64,000 nucleotides of DNA from Eledone cirrhosa (GCA_964016885.1 OZ024740.1:265608001-265672000); one strand, 5' to 3'. Shown: positions 25,673-39,996, counted from the stretch's first letter. The notes: generated by a model not told the origin, from the letters alone. Translations and numbers: made by a program.

Positions 25673-28600
25673 GGGCTGGATGTCCGATCGCGCAGTTAAA
25701 CCACTGGGAGTGAAGAACCCCTAGCCCTTGTCAGGGCATTTTTCTAGGAGAAGGCATCTCAGGAAACTGGGTTAACTCCGATATAAAACCTGCGGCTCAG
25801 TAGTTACCGATGATGTTGATCTTTTCTTCTTTTCGGGTTATAGCTACTGTCGCTCAGAGAGTGGGATTGGCTCAGTACACAGTCTTTCCTCACTTTAAAA
25901 ATATTCGTCACGCACAGGCATTGCACGAGTGCATTAATAATTATTAATAGTGTACTACTATTATTATTATTATTATTACTATTATTATTACTTTTTTTTT
26001 TTTTTTTTCCCAATTCAATAATGTTCCAGAACAATGTAAAAGAGATAATTGGCAATTTAGGTTCTGGAACAAAAAAGATCATTGGCAATAAGGGCAGGGG
26101 CCCCAAGTTATCACAGCCTGGGCCCGCTCGTCATCGTGCCATTGTAATAGAGCCAAACAAGGCATTTAGTTTTGGCTGCTGGAACGTACGGACGCTGCTT
26201 GACAGGGATTCCTTGGAGCATCCTGAACGAAGGACCGCTCTTGTTGCAAAGGAGCTTCGACGTTACGATCTTGACATCGTGGCTTTATCTGAGACGAGGT
26301 TAGCTGGAGATGGTCATCTTACGGAATTTTGTGGAGAATATACATTCTTCTGGAAAGGAAGAGATGAAGGAACCAGAAGAGAGGCTGGGGTAGGATTTGC
26401 TGTTAAGACTGTACTTGTGAATAAATTAGAAGAATTCCCAGTAGGGATTAGTGAGCGTCTTATGTCTATGAGAGTTCCGCTGGACAAAGGAAGATATGCT
26501 ACCCTGGTGAGTGTGTATGCTCCAACTATGAATTCTGTCGATGAAGAAAAACTGTCCTTTTACCATGCCTTGAAAGGTGTTCTAAGAAATATCCCTCAGG
26601 CAGACAAAGTCATCGTGCTTGGTTACTTTAATGCTAGAGTGGGTAGGGATTTTAACACATGGAATGTAATCGGAAGGCATGGGGTGGGAAAGTGTAACAG
26701 CAATGGTATGCTCCTGCTGCAGATGTGTGAGGAGCTGGATCTGTGTCTTACCAACACCATGTTCCAACAAAAGAACAAATTCAAGACCACATGGATGCAT
26801 CCTGCATCTAAGGAATGGCATCTTTTGGACTACGTCCTAGTCAGGATGCGTGACAGACAGGATGTGCAGTGTGTTCGTGTTCTTCGTGGAGCTGAGTGCT
26901 GGACTGGTACGCGCAAAAGTGAAACTAATCACTAAACGTAAAATCCGGGCTCCTGGTGTTACCCTGCCCAAAAGATTGAATGCTGCTCGTCTTAAGGATA
27001 AAAATGTGAAGAGGACATTTGAAGAAGAGATGCAGGCTGCAGATCTTGGTGAGGATTGGCCGACCCTTAAAAAGTCGGTTTATGATGCAGGCAGGCGTGT
27101 TCTGGGATTGGTGCAGAGAAAACATCAGGACTGGTTTAATGAGAATGATGTACATATAGAAGACTTGTTAGCTGATAAGAGGCGTGCTCTGTCACACTAC
27201 TTGACGGCAAAACCACAGGAGAGGAATACGTTGCATGAGGAGCTCAGGGATGTAAAATCACGTGTTAGGCGGAGTCTTTCTCAGGTGAAGGATCAGTGAT
27301 GGAGTGAGAAGGCTGGTGAGATACAAACTGCGTCTGATTCCAATAACACAAAGCTGTTGTACAGTCTCTTGCGTGAGGTTTATGGACCGTCTTCTTGTCT
27401 GGTGACACCGCTTCGCAGCAAGGATGGCAAAGAACTTCTTCGTGACTCACAGGGAATTCTACGAAGGTGGCGAGAGCACTTTGATGATCTTTTGAATCAG
27501 CCGTCTGTCGTCAGTGAAGATTTCCTCAATCTCATTCCAGAAAGTCCTGTGAAAGTAGCTCTCGCAGAACCGCCGACGCTTGTGGAGGTTGCAGTGGCTA
27601 TTTCGAAGCTGAACAGTGGAAGATCTCCAGGTATAGATGGCATACATGCTGAGCTCCTACAATATGGTGGTGAGAGACTCCTGCAACATCTGCACTCTTT
27701 GTTTGGAAGGATATGGGCTAATGAATCCGTACCTGAGGACTGGAGAGATGCAGTAATGGTGGTCTTGTACAAGGGAAAGGGTAACAGGAATGATTATGGG
27801 AACTACAGAGGTATATCATTGCTTTCTGTCGTAGGGAAAGTTTTATGTAGGGTGCTTCTGGACCGTCTGCTGACACACATTGCAGATTGTGTTCTTCCTG
27901 AAAGTCAATCTGGTTTTCGTGCTGGACGCGGCACTACTGATATGATCTTCTCAGCTAGACAGCTCCAGGAGAAGTGCATTGAACAAGGCTTGGATCTGTG
28001 TCAGGTTTTTGTCGATCTGACAAAGGCTTTCGATACTGTCAACAGAGAGGCATTATGGAAGGTTCTCCATAAACTTGGTTGCCCTGATAAGTTCCTTGCT
28101 TTAGTTAGGTCTTTCCATGACGACATGAAGGCTTGGGTTAATGTCGGAGGTAACATGTCGGAGCCTATCTCAGTAAAAAATGGAGTGAAACAGGGGATAT
28201 TCCAGCACCGACCCTGTTTGCCATATACTTTGCAATGGTTTTCTGTATTGCATTCAGGAATTGCGAGCATGGTGTTTACATCCGATATCGAACCTCAGGC
28301 AGCATATTTAACATAAGGCGCTTTGCTGCGAAGACAAAAGTATTTACATCAATCATAAGAGACCTCTTGTATGCAGATGATTGCGATCTTGTAGCGCACA
28401 CAGAGAGTGATATGCAGCACATTTTGAATGCATTTTCTGACGCTTGCACTGCCCTGGGTTTGACTGTCAGTCTCAAGAAAACCGTCGTCATGTACCAACC
28501 TGCCCCTAGTAAGCAGTACACTGAACCAAACATCTATGTGTATGGCAAACGACTTGGAGTGGTTGATCAGTTTGTCTACCTGGGAAGCACTGTCAATCGA

Positions 28601-29884
28601 TACGGCAACCTTGACAGTGAAATTTCACTTAGGTTAGGAAAGCAAGTGATGCTTTCGGAAAGCTAGAAAGGCGATTCTGGGGTCGGCGAGACATATGCAG
28701 GAGGACAAAGGTAAGGGTGTACAAGGCGTGTGTACTCTCTTGTCTTCTTTATGCCTGCGAGATCTGGGTCACATATCGACACCACCTTAAGCAATTGGAG
28801 CGTTTCCATCAGATGTGTCTCAGATGGATCCATTGCGTTCACTGGAGGGACCACATCAGTGATGTCGAGATTTTGGAAAGCTCTATGTGTGACAGTATAG
28901 AAGCTCTTGTGCTTAAGCAACGACTCCGTTGGAGTGGTCACCTTGCCAGGATGAAGGATTCTGGAATACCAAAACGACTCTTCTATGGAGAGTTGGTTAA
29001 AGGAAAACGACCGCCACATAAACCAAAAAAGAGGTATAAGGATTCCTTGAAAGCCTCTCCGAAAGTCGCTAACATCTCTGCTGATACATGGGAAAATATT
29101 GCTGCTGATCGTAATAAATGGAGAAAGACTGTATATGAGGGAAAAGTTGTCTTTGAGGCATCTCGAATCGCACACGAGAAAGTAAAGCGGGATGTGAGGA
29201 AGGGCATTGCTGTTGCACTTCCAGACGGCGAGGGTCCTCCTATGGTGCTGACATGCAGCGTCTGTGCGAGACTCTGCCTAAGCAAAGCTGGACTCGAAAG
29301 TCATCTTCGCAGTCATAAAGTAAGACCAGTGGTTGACTACCAGGCTGCTGTTGGAGATGCTACTCATCATGCTTGCCAAACGTGTGGTAGAGAATGTAAA
29401 TCAGCAGGAGGGCTCAAGCGACATGCAAAAGTACACGAACTCCAACCACAGCCGACTATTCCCGGTGAATGTTTTGGTTGCCGACTCTGTGCAAGACATT
29501 GTAGATCATTGGCTGGGCTAAAAAGCCACATTCGATCGCAGCACTGTTAGTTGTTATCGTGTGTGTGTGTGTGTGTGTAGATATGCTTATGTACGTGCGC
29601 GTGTGTGTATATATATATGGATATGTATATTATTATTGTTGCTGTCGTTATTATTATTATTGCTATTATTATTATTATTGTTATTAATGTATGTGTGTGT
29701 GTGTGTATATGTGTGTGTGTATGTGTATGTATGTGTGTATGTATATATGTATGTATGTATGTATATATATATATATATATATATTTCTTTTTTTTTTATT
29801 TATTTATTTATTATTATTATTTTTTTTTTTTTTTTTTTTCTTCTCGTGCAATGTCCATACTCGATAACGAGGGGGCAGCCATCA
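25673..29884 (+). mobile_element. Near-full-length RTE-clade LINE, inactivated by frameshifts and a stop
   Basis: 5' UTR; APE (GCWNVRTL, VALSETR, YAPT, LDYVL); RT (GNYRGISLLS, FVDLTKAFD, GVKQG, LLYADD); LRWSGHLARM; tail CTCGATAACGAGGGGGCAGCCATC. Confidence 0.95.
26021..29550 (+). pseudogene. RTE polyprotein (APE-RT-3x C2H2) split over five ORFs
   Basis: ORFs 26021-26935, 26850-27299, 27357-28316, 28235-28666 and 28717-29550 are colinear. Confidence 0.93.
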
Positions 29885-29920
29885 TGTATATACACGTATG
29901 CATGTGTATGTATATGCGCG

Positions 29921-30257
29921 GGGACATAGAAATAATCGGGCTGGATACCCGATCGTGCGGTTAAACCACTGGGAGTGAAGGACCCTACCCTTTGCCAGGG
30001 CATTCTTCTAGGTAAAGGCAACTCAGGAAACTGGCATAACTCCAACATAAATTCTGCGGATCAGTAGTTACCGATGATGTTGATCTTTTCTTCTTTTAGA
30101 TTTATAGCTGATGTCGATCAGAGAGTGGGATTGGCTCAGTGCACAGTCTTTCTTCACTTTAAAAAGAATCTTGACGCACAGGAATTGCTCTATAGCATTA
30201 ATTGATAATTATTAATAATGTTATACTATGTACTCGATAACGAGGGGGCAGCCATCA
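29921..30257 (+). mobile_element. Non-autonomous RTE derivative (5' UTR fused to 3' tail)
   Basis: 29938-30215 matches 25673-25955 and is followed at once by TACTCGATAACGAGGGGGCAGCCATC. Confidence 0.88.
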
Positions 30258-31399
30258 TATATATATATGTGTGTGAACGTGCCTCTACATTAAAAGGATC
30301 TTAATTTTATGTTTTTCACAGTCCTTTTCTATATCATTTTGATATAATACTGTAGAATTAGACAGTAATTGTAAAACGTTTAACGCACACTGAAGGGTTT
30401 TGTTTTAACTGCATCAATTCCTTGACTATATTTTTCGTAATCTTGTACATCTTTGGGTGATTAGCTGTTTAGTTTTGGGAAGAAGAGATAACTGGCTTTT
30501 TTTTTAAATCTAGTATTTTGGTTTTCATTACTTGAATGAAGCATATGTCAACTTGTAAAACGTTCTCCAATTATCAAGTAATCCCATTGTTCCCGGTAAA
30601 TATGTGTTCTAATCATGGCTTCTATTTACAACTACGTATGCTCAGGTGTTAAGGCTTAAACTTTTGCCAAAAGCACTGCAACAGCATATATACAGATCGA
30701 CCAGCTAAAATTCAGTAAAGCAGTGATCATAACAATATAATGCACGACGGCCAACCAGTATGATACTGTGTTAAAGAGAAAACAAACATTGGCCTTACAT
30801 TACTATAGTTATCCTTTGTATTTTGTAAAGATTTGTATTCTTTTATTCATATTAATGTTACACTGTGCCCTTCAGGTTTCCTTGATGTAGTAAATGTAAC
30901 TCTGATCCTTTTATATTCCACATATCAGATAGAATTGTATAGCCACCTCTCGATAACCGCTTCGTATTGTGCTTTTATTTTAAATCTATGGAATACTTCT
31001 GGCTATGACGGAAAATGGCCTGGCATAATATCAAGGTGGAAACAGGGGGAACATGCTATATGGGTGTGCTATGGAACACTATGGTGCGCAGGTAATGGGT
31101 GCGATTAAAGGAGAGGAGGAGTGGTTAAAGGAAAGAATGCCGATACATATTGGAGGAAAAGGAAATGTGGTGAGATGGCGCACTAATATGTAATGCACTA
31201 ATATGCATGAAAAATGAGAGGGCAGTGCTATACGTGGAGTGCAAGTGGAGACAGTCCCAAATATGAAAATGGAATATTCTTGTCGTATAAACAACTGGTC
31301 CATACATTGAAACTAGCTTTTAAACTCTTTATCGGTAGTAGATGGCACATTTTGTGTGGGGAGGAATGAAATGAAGTGTGGATATGATTAGGTATCAGT

Positions 31400-31790
31400 A
31401 AATGTGTGAGAGAAAGAGATAGGTTATTGATGTAAGGCGAGTCTATGGAAAACAGCCGTATAAAATAGAGAGAGGAAATGAACTTTACTCTGGTTAAAAG
31501 TCGAGAAACTGCTTAAGCTGTTCCAAGGTGAGTGTGATGGCGTCGATTGAGTCGTCGATATAGGTTTCAGAGATGGAGAAATCTCATAAACTGGGAGAAT
31601 AGTTTAGCTTCAACGCTACAAATGAAGTGGTTCGCGTAGTTGAGGATCATTACAATTATCATAGTCGCCCCGTTGTTATCGTAATGGAACCTATCGGAAG
31701 GGAGGACGTAGCTTACAGTGAGGACGAGTTCGACATTATGGGTGAAAATAGAGGTTTTTAGAATAAAGAATAGTGTATGGATCAATAAGG
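31400..31790 (-). pseudogene. Highly degraded PLE-type RT fragment
   Basis: VELVLT..FHYDNNGATM..NYANHF..VEAKLF resembles PLE RT ELVLT..Y.Q..G.AMG...PNYANLF. Confidence 0.5.
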
Positions 31791-32647
31791 TGTTTGTGTT
31801 AGATAATTGCAGAAAGAAATTTGCTCGTGGTGACCGGAACTCTTCTTCTTCTTCTTCTTCTTCTTCTTCTTCTTGGAAGGGTCATGAGAACAGTCCTCAA
31901 GCACGCCTCCCAGCGTCTTTCGTCAGACTATCCCCAATTGATCACACACAGCGTATATGCGTGTATGTATGTGTGTGTTAGTCTGCATGTGTGTGTATCT
32001 GTGTATGTGTGTATGTGTGTGTGTGTGTGCGTGTATGTGTGTGTATGTGTGTGTGTGCCAAACGATACCGTCTATGTCGTATCACTGTCGCATCACCACT
32101 TGCTAGAATTAAAATCTAAATATTACACAAACCACACACACACATCAATCTTAACGATGAATGACACGTTATAGTCATTAATATATAAACATGCAGGATA
32201 GTCACAGGTGGAATGCTTTTCATCGTACGTTTTGCCCATTCAGTACACGCCTAGGGTCTAAAGAACAACAGATACTATCATAATGTAGTTCCATAGATAT
32301 CTTTATGTCATGATAATAAATCTATTACAGAATTTATCTCAAGTGATTAAAATGTTATAAATAAGGATTCTTATACCAATTCATACCTACGGCAATGTCG
32401 TCGCATTTCATTTCATTCCAAATGGTGACTAACGAATAGAACTACAGAGTTAGTTTCATATTAACAAATATAACATTACCAACAGATTTTCTAATTTAAT
32501 CATTTTCACTTACACATAGTCTCATTAGTACTACTTCTTATTAGCCCACTTTCATCACTCAAGTTTGCATTACATGCAAACGCGCATCTCAAGTTAATGA
32601 TAAGATAGGTTCTAACTAATCAATTTCGTCTCAGTAGACAGTAAATA

Positions 32648-32694
32648 AATGTCACTGATGAAGGATAAAAATTCAGAAATACCTATTTGGCATT
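32648..32694 (+). ncRNA. Minimal type I hammerhead, partly decayed
   Basis: AATGTCA-CTGATGA-aGGAT-aaaa-ATTCa-GAAA-TAccTA-TT-TGGCATT; 7-bp stem I. Confidence 0.55.
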
Positions 32695-32800
32695 CTCTAC
32701 GCTACTGAGATAGCTGTGACATAATCACGACTTAAAAAAATAAATCAGTGAAACTATTGTATGTTCATTATGCATTAAACATATCGTATGAGCTTTCATA

Positions 32801-33337
32801 TGATAGCGGCCCCTCGTTATCGAGTATGGCCATTGCACGATAAACCATTATTAATAATTATTAATTAATTCTATCGTGCAATGCCTGTGCATGAAGATAT
32901 TTTTTAAAGTGAGGAAAGACTATGCACTGAGCCAATCCCACTCTCTGAGAGACAGTAGATATAACTCGAAAAGAAGAAAAGATCAACATTATCGGCAACT
33001 ACTGAGCGGCAGGTTTTATATCGGAGTTATCCCAGTTTCCTGAATTGCCTTCTACTAGAAGAATGCCCAGACAAAGGCTAGGGGTCCTTCACTCCCAGCG
33101 GTTTAACCGCGCAGTACATGTGTATATACATATTTACACACTTTCGGATAGCCGTTGACTCTTATGAGTTCTTCCGCCCTTTGTCAGGTTTTGTTTTTTG
33201 TCATGCAGGGTGTCCAAAATCACCCTCCTCACCAAGTAAACTTGGTGGGGTTTCCGGTTTAGTCGCCGACGACCCGACCATGCGACAGGTTGTACTGGGT
33301 TACATGTTACCAGTAGCACTGAAGAGTGACCCGACAT
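32801..33337 (-). mobile_element. Non-autonomous RTE derivative (head + 5' UTR + 3' tail)
   Basis: rc matches 6967-7165, 29950-30257 and the LINE tail TCGTGCAATG.CCATACTCGATAACGAGGGG. Confidence 0.85.
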
Positions 33338-34199
33338 ATATCAGCTTTCATATACACACTTATGAATATCATTTTTGTTGCTATTGTAGTTTATTAACTC
33401 TAGGCTACCACTTAATTTAGTAGACACATTTGTTACTGTTATTGGCTTCGTTGTTGTTTAACTCTAGGCCAGCAATGATATTGGTGTTGCTCTGGTTTTA
33501 ACGCTGTTTAAGCTCTCTGTGGCCGATGTTTGTGTTATTGGTGTTGTTGTTAGTCCTAGCTTAATTCTAAATGAACCGATGCAGACACTGGCGTTGTTAG
33601 TAATGTTATTGCTAGTAGTTTAACACCAGGTCAGACCACATTGGGCATTTCTATATTGGTTCTGTTCCATCCGTGTCTATGCTGCTTTCATCGTGAAGGG
33701 TTGTAGTATGGTAGTGTAGATAGGGTCATATAAAATAATTCGCAATATTTTAAATCTGCCTTTTACATTCTCTGTTCTAATGCCACCAGAAGCAATGACT
33801 CTTTTATCTTGTTGCTCTTTTTAAAATACATTGTCCATTAGATATTGGTATTTGCTCCGATGGCATCGATAAAACCTTCATTGATATGCCGGTGACATTA
33901 GCTTCCTCGATCACTATCAGATATATGTATATTTGAAAATTCACTACACACACAAGCCCACACTTCAGAAGATACTGTTGTGTTCGGCTTTGTGTCATTT
34001 ACATTGTAGTTCTGTCATTTCTGTCATTCCTCACTCTGTTTCAGTAAAGTACTCAATATGTCCTTTCAGATAATTGCTGAGTGTTTTTGCTAATTATGAA
34101 ACGCTGTATAAGTATGAATATATATAGAGAAGAGAAACAGCAAACCTTCAGCTGTCTACCAGATCTGAGACATGTAAGTTTCACTGCTCCATCAACTAA

Positions 34200-34700
34200 G
34201 TCAGCAAACTCTGCCTGTATGCATTAATCATCGAACCGACGGCGATTCATGATTGTGAGACGTGGACGGAGACATGAAAAATCTATAGTACCACAGTTGT
34301 TTTCAACAAACAAAACCATAGAGGATTAATTAGCGTGATCAAATCATAAATTAAAAGGTCACTGACAACCCAGCGTGAGGGACCTACGGGGTACCATCTC
34401 ATTAAGACGGTGGAAGATGTCTGGCCTTATCTTATTTATACCAACGAAGAGACTAGTGAGAGCCTTTTTCAAGTGGAAGACGCAACACAAGACGCAAAGC
34501 AGACCTGTCAAACCCTAGTTGAAGACAGGAGAGGAAGACCTAGCAAATATGAGCCATCCTGGTAGCTGGCTCATGACATGACTCACAACTGGGGAGCAGA
34601 GTCATGACAGGTCTCTCAGCTGGAGCAGCAAACTCGTGACAGAGCCCACAACTATCCAAACTGAAGATCTCTCGCCCTCGATAATCCATAGTAAGCAGGT
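34200..34700 (+). pseudogene. Old degraded LINE C-terminal remnant
   Basis: RRWKMSGLIL..FKWK..RPV motif order is like RTE-type C-termini; heavily mutated. Confidence 0.35.
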
Positions 34701-34862
34701 GGAACTGACTAATTAACTGGTATGAATAAATTTATTTTTTTCTACTAGACTTTTGTTGACGGCTGGTATAATTGTGTCAATTGAATCGAGTTCAAATTTC
34801 ATTCACAAATTTGTGAATTTGTGTCAGTCTCAGAAACTAATATAATTACATTTTGATCTGCA

Positions 34863-35270
34863 TTACTAAAAAATGTGTAGTTCGAATATTATGTTCCTAT
34901 TGTCTTTCGGAAGTATCTTGTTCAATTACTATATAATTAGATTTTACATTACGATGATCTTGGAAAAAGAGCAGCTAATATAGGGTCATTGTAAATAATT
35001 GCTATTATTGTATTACCAAAGAGAATAACGAAGAAATGCTTAAATGTAACCACTAGTATTAATTATATAATTAATACTAGTGGTTACATTTAAGCATTTC
35101 TTCGTTATTCTCTTTGGTAATACAATAATAACAATTATTTACAATGACTCTATATTAGCTGCTCTTTTTCCAAGATCATCGTAATATAAAATCTAATTAT
35201 ATAGTAATTGAACGAGATACTTCCGAAAGACAATAGGAACATAATATTCGAACTACACATTTTTTAGTAA
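34863..35270. repeat. Spacerless palindrome, 204-bp arms
   Basis: Centre 35066/35067 (AATTAT|ATAATT); about 4 transition mismatches, no indels. Confidence 0.95.
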
Positions 35271-35349
35271 AATAAAAAAAAAGATGATTGTATTCAGTTA
35301 ATCCAAAAACGGTGAGTATATATATATTTATTAATTACTTGAAAAACTT

Positions 35350-35700
35350 AATAGAATTGGCCTAGTATGTATGTGTGATCCCGTAACTTCCAAGGGAGTA
35401 GGGGCACCGCATTTATATACAGCGTGTCTAGAACACTTTATTCCTAGCGGAGCCCATTTCCTCTCTAGGTCTGAATACATCAGATTTCTTCCAGAGAAAG
35501 ATAGAGGGTGAGAGAATAAAAATGAGAAAGTGATATAATGGAAAAATCGAGTCCAGTACTTGACTGGTACATTTTTGGTCGACCTTGAATGGCTGAAAGG
35601 CAAAGCTGACCTTCTCAGGATTTGAATACAGAGAGCAGAAAGCCGAAACAAATACCACAAAGTAGTCTATCCGACGTTCTAACAACTCTGCCACGTCACC
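35350..35700 (-). mobile_element. Old SINE with family-1-like head and a different long tail (second copy 58520-58830, +)
   Basis: Shared CTCTGGAAGAAATCTG..CCCCTAC..CTCCCT..GTTAC segments. Confidence 0.65.
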
Positions 35701-36213
35701 GTTTTTGGCCTCATATAGATTAACTTTAATAAACGTTATATGAATATTAAAAAAGTACGGCTTTCAATTGAATCTATACGGACGACAAAAAGTGATTAGA
35801 AAGTCGGGCGAAATGCTTTGCGGTATTTATTCCAGCTCTTAATGCTCTGCGTTTTTCTTTTTGCTTTCGCTGTTATTTCTAGCAGCTTGGGCAATAAAAT
35901 AAAAGTCTCTCTATATATATTTCGTTTGTAGGCGGCGAATATATAAATAAATATATATATGATTAAGAGATGAAGCCTGTCGAATAGAATGCACACAACT
36001 TCGGTCTTTTCCCAACTTACTTACTTAACAATTAAGTTCGTATTATTAAAATTCAAATCCAACTGGTTACAGTGCATTTATACGTTAATAAACAAGGAAG
36101 ACTACATCGTGTAAGTAAAATAGTTAATATATCGGACATATGTATATATGTATGTATGCATTTATATATACATAGGCAGCACACATACACACACACAAAC
36201 ATACACACATACA

Positions 36214-36276
<63 letters not shown>

Positions 36277-36315
36277 GAGGAAGTTATAGTTCACTTGAAG
36301 CATTGTGTAATAAGG

Positions 36316-36797
<482 letters not shown>

Positions 36798-36884
36798 GAG
36801 AGAGATACAGTCAGATATACAGATAGACGATAGACTTCTACAGTATTTCCTGCTACAAAATTTAACACCCAAGACATTGTGTCT

Positions 36885-36990
36885 GAATCCTAGACTATAG
36901 TAGAAAACAGTTGCCCCAGGTGCCAGGCAGTGATACTGGAACCCAAAATAATGTCGGTACGAACCGACTTCTTTAACCACACAGTCATAC
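36885..36990 (-). mobile_element. Degraded tRNA-derived SINE head
   Basis: TTGCCCCAGGTGCC..GAACCC..TTAACCACACAG pattern typical of a reverse-strand tRNA-SINE. Confidence 0.5.
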
Positions 36991-37312
36991 TTGACAAGAA
37001 TATCAAAAATTTAAAAATTTTCCAAAAACCTTTCTTATTTCATTTAAATGAAATTATCAGATCAAAGACAATAAGTTGCTTTTCTTGTTTTTTGCTCTGA
37101 CGCTGTAGGTATGTGGAGTTTAATGAATGATAACTTAATTTGATTCTCTAGGGTAGTTTTTTTGCACCTTAATTGAATTAAGATATGTTACAGTGTAACA
37201 AGTTAAAAGGAATGTCGCATTACATTCAAATATATGTGTGTGTGTGTGTGTGTCCTTGTGTGTCCCTGTGTTTCTGTCTCCTAAGAAATGTTCTCACTCT
37301 TTCACCTTACCG

Positions 37313-37374
<62 letters not shown>

Positions 37375-37458
37375 ATGTGTGTGTGGGGGGGGGTGCATAT
37401 CATATATATAAATATATAATTATTATAAACACATATATATGTGTGTGTGTCTATGTAC

Positions 37459-37509
<51 letters not shown>

Positions 37510-37920
37510 TGAAATTAGCGCAGGAATATTTAATGCTACGAGCAGTCTTTTATACATCAAATGACAACGCATTATAAAAGAAGTTAAAATGTGTTGTATA
37601 AAGAAGGAGCTAAAAGTTTTCTGTAGCGCGGAAAAAGAATTTACTCAGAATGAAAGTACATCCATAGATGATAGATAGAGTAACATTTTCAGGAACGAGA
37701 AGTTGACGTCGATGTGGAGTGAAGTGAAGTGAAGTGAAGCTGCTGGCGTTTCAAAAGCAATCTTGGCACGTCCATTTGTGAAGCTGGTTACTTCAGATTA
37801 ATAACTGAATAATGATAGCTTTAAGCTGGTAAGATAGAAATTAATGTCTCACTGAAGAGAAACATTAATAGAGGTTTCTATATGTATGTATGTATGTTTG
37901 TCTGTATGTATTTCTGCGTA

Positions 37921-37952
<32 letters not shown>

Positions 37953-37957
37953 CGCAG

Positions 37958-38012
<55 letters not shown>

Positions 38013-38019
38013 TATTGCC

Positions 38020-38098
<79 letters not shown>

Positions 38099-38236
38099 GT
38101 AAATATATATATATGTATATATATATACGTATATGTGTGTGTGTGTTTATATAAACAGAGGGAGAGAGAGGAAGCGCGCAATGTATTATTTATATATATA
38201 TATGTATATATATATATATGTGTGTGTGTGTGTGCG

Positions 38237-38267
<31 letters not shown>

Positions 38268-38813
38268 CTGTGTGTGTGTGGTGTGTGTTTATATGTGTGA
38301 GTTTCTTTTCTTTTTTTCACTAATACAGCTCACCTTCAAGCTCAAAGTTAACCTGCCATAAACATATGCAGTATGTTAATATCACCGTCTGTGTAGTGAT
38401 ATTTCTTTTTTATATCCTATATTATTTTTACTCTTATATATATTTATATTTTTACTGTATTATTTTAGCATTATGGTATAGGACCTTTAATCTCATTCCG
38501 TGTGGTTTTCCCCCTTACTTTCGTATAATATTTTTCGATAGAATTTGCACAGAAACAAGATAGATGTGTGCTTATAGGCAGTCCGAATCAAAACTCATGG
38601 TAGTTAATATGTAATTGCACATTCATATTAAAATAGACGAAAATTGCAAAAGCAATATCATGGAACCACGTCTGGAGTATATGAGAACCATATAGTCCTT
38701 GTATTATCGCTAAACATTGGGCTGTAATGCATATAAACACATACACACACACACACTCATATATATGTAACATATATATATAAGAACAAAAGATGGTTAA
38801 AGGAGTTCCATGT

Positions 38814-38882
38814 ATTTTATTATGCGCATTTCAAAAACAAACATCATCATGCAATAATATTTGTGTTTTCATCAGATAAAAC
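38814..38882 (-). ncRNA. Type I hammerhead, palindromic stem III
   Basis: Reverse complement of 39003-39071. Confidence 0.8.
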
Positions 38883-39002
38883 AGGAGGACATGATATGAA
38901 GGCTAAAAAACACTTGTGGATAGTGCAGTTTTAAATCAACATATCTTGATTTAAAACTGCACTATCCACAAGTGTTTTTTAGCCTTCATATCATGTCCTC
39001 CT

Positions 39003-39071
39003 GTTTTATCTGATGAAAACACAAATATTATTGCATGATGATGTTTGTTTTTGAAATGCGCATAATAAAAT
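39003..39071 (+). ncRNA. Type I hammerhead, palindromic stem III
   Basis: GTTTTAT-CTGATGA-AAAC..GTTTTT-GAAA-TGCGCA-TA-ATAAAAT. Confidence 0.8.
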
Positions 39072-39421
39072 ACATGGAACTCCTTTAACCATCTTTTGTT
39101 CTTATATATTATGTATACTCCAGTCCTACAAATTGTAGAGTGCTTCTTATCCGATATCTGCATTGCTTTATTGTACTACAATAAAACTCACCTCCTACAT
39201 TATGTAACATATATATATATATATATAATAGTAGAACATTGGTGGGTTATGTACCGTAGTTGTAGAGCACTCGGTCCATGGGATGGGTTTGGTAGAAGTA
39301 GTTCCAGAACAGTTAGTTCACAATACCATACGGTTGGTTTTCCTTTTCCGTACAGCTTCATTTAGGATCCGAATAAGGAGAAACATTTTTTCTCGGTATG
39401 GTGAACAAACTGTTGTTGAAC

Positions 39422-39507
<86 letters not shown>

Positions 39508-39727
39508 AATGTATGTATATATATATATATAAGACAAAGAAGAATTGGTAAGAAAACAGGTTGACCATAGCAGACCAGGGTACTCGATACTTGGGGTAGT
39601 AGAGTGGGTAATGTGAAATGATTGAGGACACCAACGGCTGAGCTCCGGCCATATCGACAGCGAGATCCGGCCGGAGCTCAGCCGTCGGAGTCCTGAATCA
39701 TTTCATATATATATATATATGCGTGTG

Positions 39728-39808
<81 letters not shown>

Positions 39809-39996
39809 GGTAAGACAACAGTTAGTTCACCATACCGAGAACGATTGTTCTCGGTATGGTGGACTAACTGTTGTGTTACCACTTCTACCTAACTCGTCCA
39901 ACGGACCGAGTGCTCTACCACTCCGGATATTAACTTCCAGTATTCTACCTCTGTATATACAGTATATATATATGATATACACACACAATCATATAC

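Larger units (their letters stand above)
38778..39108. mobile_element. Fold-back pLTR-only insertion carrying two divergently oriented HHRs
   Basis: Near-perfect palindrome centred ~38942; same family as 44030-44190 and 47850-48056. Confidence 0.88.

Noticed and set aside
37845-37875. CTGAAGA-GAAA (also CTGAGGA-GAAA at ~53496 and CTGATGA-GAAA at ~54225)
   Set aside because: No stem II; the 54-kb case lies in coding sequence
39300-39380. HHR-like hairpin GCTGTACGG/CCGTATGGT on minus
   Set aside because: Both core segments deviate and no stem I or III was found
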